NCBI GenBank assembly: GCA_963812235.1
Contig: CAWEUP010000022.1
Location: 50,925-114,924 of the forward strand
DNA from: an uncultured Actinomycetota bacterium
GTDB lineage: Bacteria > Actinomycetota > Actinomycetes > Propionibacteriales > Nocardioidaceae
DNA length: 64,000 bases
Direction: 5' to 3'
This document shows positions 60,601 through 64,000 of this stretch, in pieces. The position numbers and the translations under genes are program-made. Under the pieces are notes generated by a model, which saw only the letters and a program-made list of their open reading frames with translations, was not told the DNA's origin and ran no database searches. How positions within the stretch are numbered: position 1 is the stretch's first letter; the number at the start of each line of letters is the position of its first letter.

Positions 60601-62559
60601 ATGCCGTCACCGACCCCGCTCGCGTCCGGATCATGGCCCACGCCGATCGGGGCGGCCCTCGTGGCGGGCCAGGCGAGCAGGCTGGAGCGGCTGGCCCTCG
60701 ACGGCGAGGTCGTCTACTGGTCCGAGCTCCGCCCGCACGAGGGCGGTCGCGTCAAGATCGTCCGCCAGGAGCCCGGCGCGCCCGCGACCGAGGTGCTGCC
60801 CGCCGACGGCAACGCGCGCACGGCCGTGCACGAGTACGGCGGCGGTGCGTGGTGGGTCAGGGCGGGCACCGTCTGGTACGTCGACTGGTCCGACCAGCGG
60901 CTGCGCCGGATCGAGGCCGGTGGCGCGCCGGTCGTGGTGACGCCGCCAGCGCCGGAGGGCGGCTCGGTGCGATGGGCCGATGGCGACGTCCATCCCACCG
61001 ACGGCCGGGTGGCAGTGGTCCGCGAGACGCACCCGGTCGGCGGACGAGGTGCGATCGACGTGGTCAACGAGATCGTGGTGCTCGACGCCGAGGGTGGGCA
61101 GCAGACAGTCGTGTCCGGGCCTGACTTCGTCTCCGACCCGCGATGGTCACCGGACGGCTCCGCCCTGGCCTGGGTCGAGTGGGACCATCCCGCGATGCCG
61201 TGGGATGCCTCACGACTCAAGGTGAGCCACCAGGGGAACGTGGTGACCGTTGCGGGAGGCCCGGGCGAGCCCGACCAGGGCGTGTGCCAGCCCCAGTGGG
61301 CTCCTGACGGCTCGTTGTGGTTCTGCACCGATCGCGCCGACTGGTGGTCGCTGTACCGCTGGACTCCCGAGGGCGGCGTGGAGCAGATGCTGCACCGCCC
61401 CGGAGACGTGGGAGCCCCGAAGTGGGTCTTCGGCCCGAGACGGTTCGCCTTCCTCGCCGACGGCCGGGTGGTGCTCGCCGTGCTCCACGAGGGCCTCGAC
61501 GCGGTCTGCCTGCTCGGGCGCGACGGGACCGTCAGCGAGCTGGCGATCGGCTGCACGAGCGTGACGGACCTGGCGGCGTCGGACAGCACGGTCGTGCTGA
61601 TCGGCTCGTCGGGGAGATCGGCCCCGGCGGTGCGGAGCTTCGACGTGACGGCTCCGGAGCAGGTCCGGACGCTGAGCGACGTACGCGACCTCGGCCTCAC
61701 CGAGGAGTGGATCAGCAGCCCCGAGCACATCGAGTTCCCGGGGGGCGACGGTCGTGCGACCTTTGCGAACTTCTACCGCCCGACCAACCCCGGTGCCCAG
61801 CCGCTCGAGGGAGAGCTCCCCCCGGTGATCGTGATGCTCCACGGGGGACCGACGTCCAACGCCGTGAGCACGCTCGCGTTGAGCACGCAGTTCTGGACCA
61901 GCCGCGGCTTCGCGGTGGTCGACGTCGACTACGGCGGCTCCACGGGCTACGGCCGGGCCTACCGCAACCGGCTGCAGGGCGAGTGGGGGATCCTCGACGT
62001 CGGCGACTGCGTCGCGGTGGTGCACTGGCTGGCCGAGCAGCGCTGGATCGACCCTGCCCGGGCCGTCATCCGCGGAGGCTCGGCGGGCGGGTTCACGGTG
62101 CTGATGGCACTCGCGGTCTCCGACGCCTTCGCCGCCGGAGCCGACTACTTCGGAGTCGCTGACGTCGAGGCGCTCGCACTGGAGACGCACAAGTTCGAGT
62201 CCCGCTACCTCGACGGCCTGATCGCGCCCTACCCGGAGGGGCGCGAGGTCTACACCCAGCGCTCGCCGCTCTCCCACCTCGACTCGCTGTCCTCGCCCCT
62301 GGTCGTCTTCCAGGGCGACGAGGATCGCGTGGTCCCGCCGGCCCAGTCGGAGCTGATCGTCGCGGCGCTGCGCGCCAAGGGCCTGCCCGTCGCCTACCGG
62401 CTCTACCGCGGCGAGCAGCACGGGTTCCGCCAGGCGGAGAACATCAAGGACTCGCTCGAGGCCGAGCTCTCCTTCTATGCGCAGGTGCTGGGCTTCGAGC
62501 TCCCGCCCCAGGAGGCCGTTCCCCGACTGGTGGTGGAGAACCTCCGACAGCGCGAGTGA
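60601..62559 (+). CDS. S9 family peptidase (acylaminoacyl/dipeptidyl peptidase-like)
   Basis: HGGPT, GGSAGG nucleophile, D..VPP, EQHGFR. Confidence 0.94.
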   Translation: MPSPTPLASGSWPTPIGAALVAGQASRLERLALDGEVVYWSELRPHEGGRVKIVRQEPGAPATEVLPADGNARTAVHEYGGGAWWVRAGTVWYVDWSDQRLRRIEAGGAPVVVTPPAPEGGSVRWADGDVHPTDGRVAVVRETHPVGGRGAIDVVNEIVVLDAEGGQQTVVSGPDFVSDPRWSPDGSALAWVEWDHPAMPWDASRLKVSHQGNVVTVAGGPGEPDQGVCQPQWAPDGSLWFCTDRADWWSLYRWTPEGGVEQMLHRPGDVGAPKWVFGPRRFAFLADGRVVLAVLHEGLDAVCLLGRDGTVSELAIGCTSVTDLAASDSTVVLIGSSGRSAPAVRSFDVTAPEQVRTLSDVRDLGLTEEWISSPEHIEFPGGDGRATFANFYRPTNPGAQPLEGELPPVIVMLHGGPTSNAVSTLALSTQFWTSRGFAVVDVDYGGSTGYGRAYRNRLQGEWGILDVGDCVAVVHWLAEQRWIDPARAVIRGGSAGGFTVLMALAVSDAFAAGADYFGVADVEALALETHKFESRYLDGLIAPYPEGREVYTQRSPLSHLDSLSSPLVVFQGDEDRVVPPAQSELIVAALRAKGLPVAYRLYRGEQHGFRQAENIKDSLEAELSFYAQVLGFELPPQEAVPRLVVENLRQRE

Positions 62560-62669
62560 CTCTCCTCGAGGGTCGCGGCGTGACGCCGGAGCGAGGTGTC
62601 ACCAGATGGCTGCGAGTCGTTCACCAGGAGTCCAGGTGACCGGAGGGGCCGGGACGTAGTGTCGAGCGC

Positions 62670-63260
62670 ATGGAGCACGCAGGGACCCCCACCCGCTCGT
62701 CGCTCCCCGCAGCCGTGTGGGCCCTCCCCGGGCTGGTGCTCGCGGCCGCCGGCTTCTTCCACCCCCAGCAGCTGACCCAGGCGAGCGCGTACACCTGGTG
62801 GGCCCTGCACGTCGCCGGGCTGTTCGCCTTTCCGCTGGTGGGGGTGGCGCTGATGGCGCTGTTCGCCGGCCGCCGCGACGTCGTCGCCCTCCTGGGCGCG
62901 CTGGCCGCCTTCGTCTACGCCACCGCCTACAGCGCGCTCGACGTGCTCAACGGGATCGGTGCCGGCTTCGTGACCTGGCGGCTGGAGGCGTCGGCTCCTC
63001 GGCCCGACGAGGTGCGCTCGCTGTTCGCCATCGGCTCGCCCTTGGGGGAGGTCGGCTCGTGGGCGCTGATCGTGGCCGCCGTGGTCGTCTCGGTCGACGC
63101 GCTGGTGCGGTCCGGCACTCGCGCCGTGCCCGGACTGGTGCTGGTGCCGGGTGCGCTGCTGGTGCACCTCGACCACATTTTCTGGCCCTGGGGAGCACTA
63201 GGAATCGCCCTGGTGGGCATAGGAACAGGGTGGGTGGCGAGCACACGCAGCAGCAAATAG
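62670..63260 (+). CDS. Hypothetical membrane protein
   Basis: 196-aa hydrophobic ORF with host-like codon usage. Confidence 0.7.
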   Translation: MEHAGTPTRSSLPAAVWALPGLVLAAAGFFHPQQLTQASAYTWWALHVAGLFAFPLVGVALMALFAGRRDVVALLGALAAFVYATAYSALDVLNGIGAGFVTWRLEASAPRPDEVRSLFAIGSPLGEVGSWALIVAAVVVSVDALVRSGTRAVPGLVLVPGALLVHLDHIFWPWGALGIALVGIGTGWVASTRSSK

Positions 63261-63342
63261 ACCAGTTGAGGTCCTCTATGTCGCTTTTGGGAGTTAATAG
63301 ATATCTTGTCGGTCTAGTCCAGATTACTGAGGAGGGACGCCC

Positions 63343-63501
63343 ATGTTGTCCATTGCACCGGCTTCCGTGATGTTGATCGGCATCTTCGGCATGTTCGTCG
63401 TCGCCTTCGCCGTGGCTCGGATCACCGTCCTGGAGCGCAGGGTCCAGCGTCCGGCCTTCCGCGAGCCCATCCGGCGCGAGTTCGCCCGGACCGGGTCCTG
63501 A
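63343..63501 (+). CDS. Small 52-aa single-TM protein (not in ORF track)
   Basis: GAGGAGG RBS; MLSIAPASVMLIGIFGMFVVAFAVARITVLERR... Confidence 0.6.
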   Translation: MLSIAPASVMLIGIFGMFVVAFAVARITVLERRVQRPAFREPIRREFARTGS

Positions 63502-63502
63502 C

Positions 63503-64000
63503 CTAGATCCAGCGCCGGAACCACATCCGGGCCACCCATTCGCGGTTGGTCAGCAGCTGATCGGTCCAGATCGGCCAGAACCACGCGAACGCCAGCAGCA
63601 CCAGCACCAGGATGCCTCCCGAGGCCGTCGCCCCCACGGCGCGCCGCACGCGCGAGCCCCCGCTGCCGAGGATGTCCCCGATCAGCAGGGTGGCACCGAG
63701 CACCAGGAACGGCAGGATCATCACGGCGTAGTAGCTGAAGATCGGCCGGTCGTCGTACCGCAGCCACGGCAGCCAGGTCACGGCGATGCCCACGACCACC
63801 AGTCCGTAGCGCCAGTCGCGTCGCCCGATCCACACGACGACCGCCCAGACGGCCGCGATCGTGCCGAACCACCACACCACCGGGTTGCCCAGCAGGAGCA
63901 CCTGTCGCAGGCAGTCCGACCCCGCCAGCGCCTGGCAGCCCTGCTCTCCGGGCTGGATCTTCAGCTGCGCATCCACACCGACGGGTCGGTTGAGCACCAG
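63503..64000 (-). CDS. pmt: Dolichyl-phosphate-mannose--protein mannosyltransferase, 3' part
   Basis: LLGNPVVWW, WLPW...RPIFSYY, FAWFWPIW...RMWF..W C-terminal PMT motifs. Confidence 0.85.
   Translation of the reverse strand: MVLNRPVGVDAQLKIQPGEQGCQALAGSDCLRQVLLLGNPVVWWFGTIAAVWAVVVWIGRRDWRYGLVVVGIAVTWLPWLRYDDRPIFSYYAVMILPFLVLGATLLIGDILGSGGSRVRRAVGATASGGILVLVLLAFAWFWPIWTDQLLTNREWVARMWFRRWI

Overview
High-GC actinobacterial DNA; gene content and order suggest a Nocardioides-like organism. 1-8.4 kb: part of a flagellar cluster (flgC, flgB, fliS, fliD, fliC, sigma28/WhiG-type sigma, flgN, flgK, flgL, fliW, csrA) with recognisable sigma28 promoters and CsrA-type GGA hairpins. 8.4-23 kb: core genes including a DtxR/IdeR regulator, Sir2, an extended BldC homologue, tRNA-Arg(CCT), LCP, and the conserved mscL-SAF-fmdB-5FCL-UGPase-moeA-moaC-mog-rimJ-glpR-tRNA-Ala(CGC) block. 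From tRNA-Ala to the pmt gene at the far end lie about 40 kb of accessory DNA. This includes a 4.76 kb minimal int-xis-repSA-hicAB element with att repeats and a deleted sibling remnant, IS481/IS21/ISL3 debris, a symporter + M20 amidohydrolase + two choline-kinase-like + HAD cluster, a decayed tyrosine integrase, a decayed contractile injection system sheath-tube fragment, a DUF222-HNH gene, a two-component system, ALDH + GcvT-family dehydrogenase, and a GntR-linked CoA-transferase/hydantoinase/amidase/lyase operon. Many conserved genes carry single-base frameshifts, most likely long-read consensus errors. All family calls come from motif recognition by eye, not database searches.
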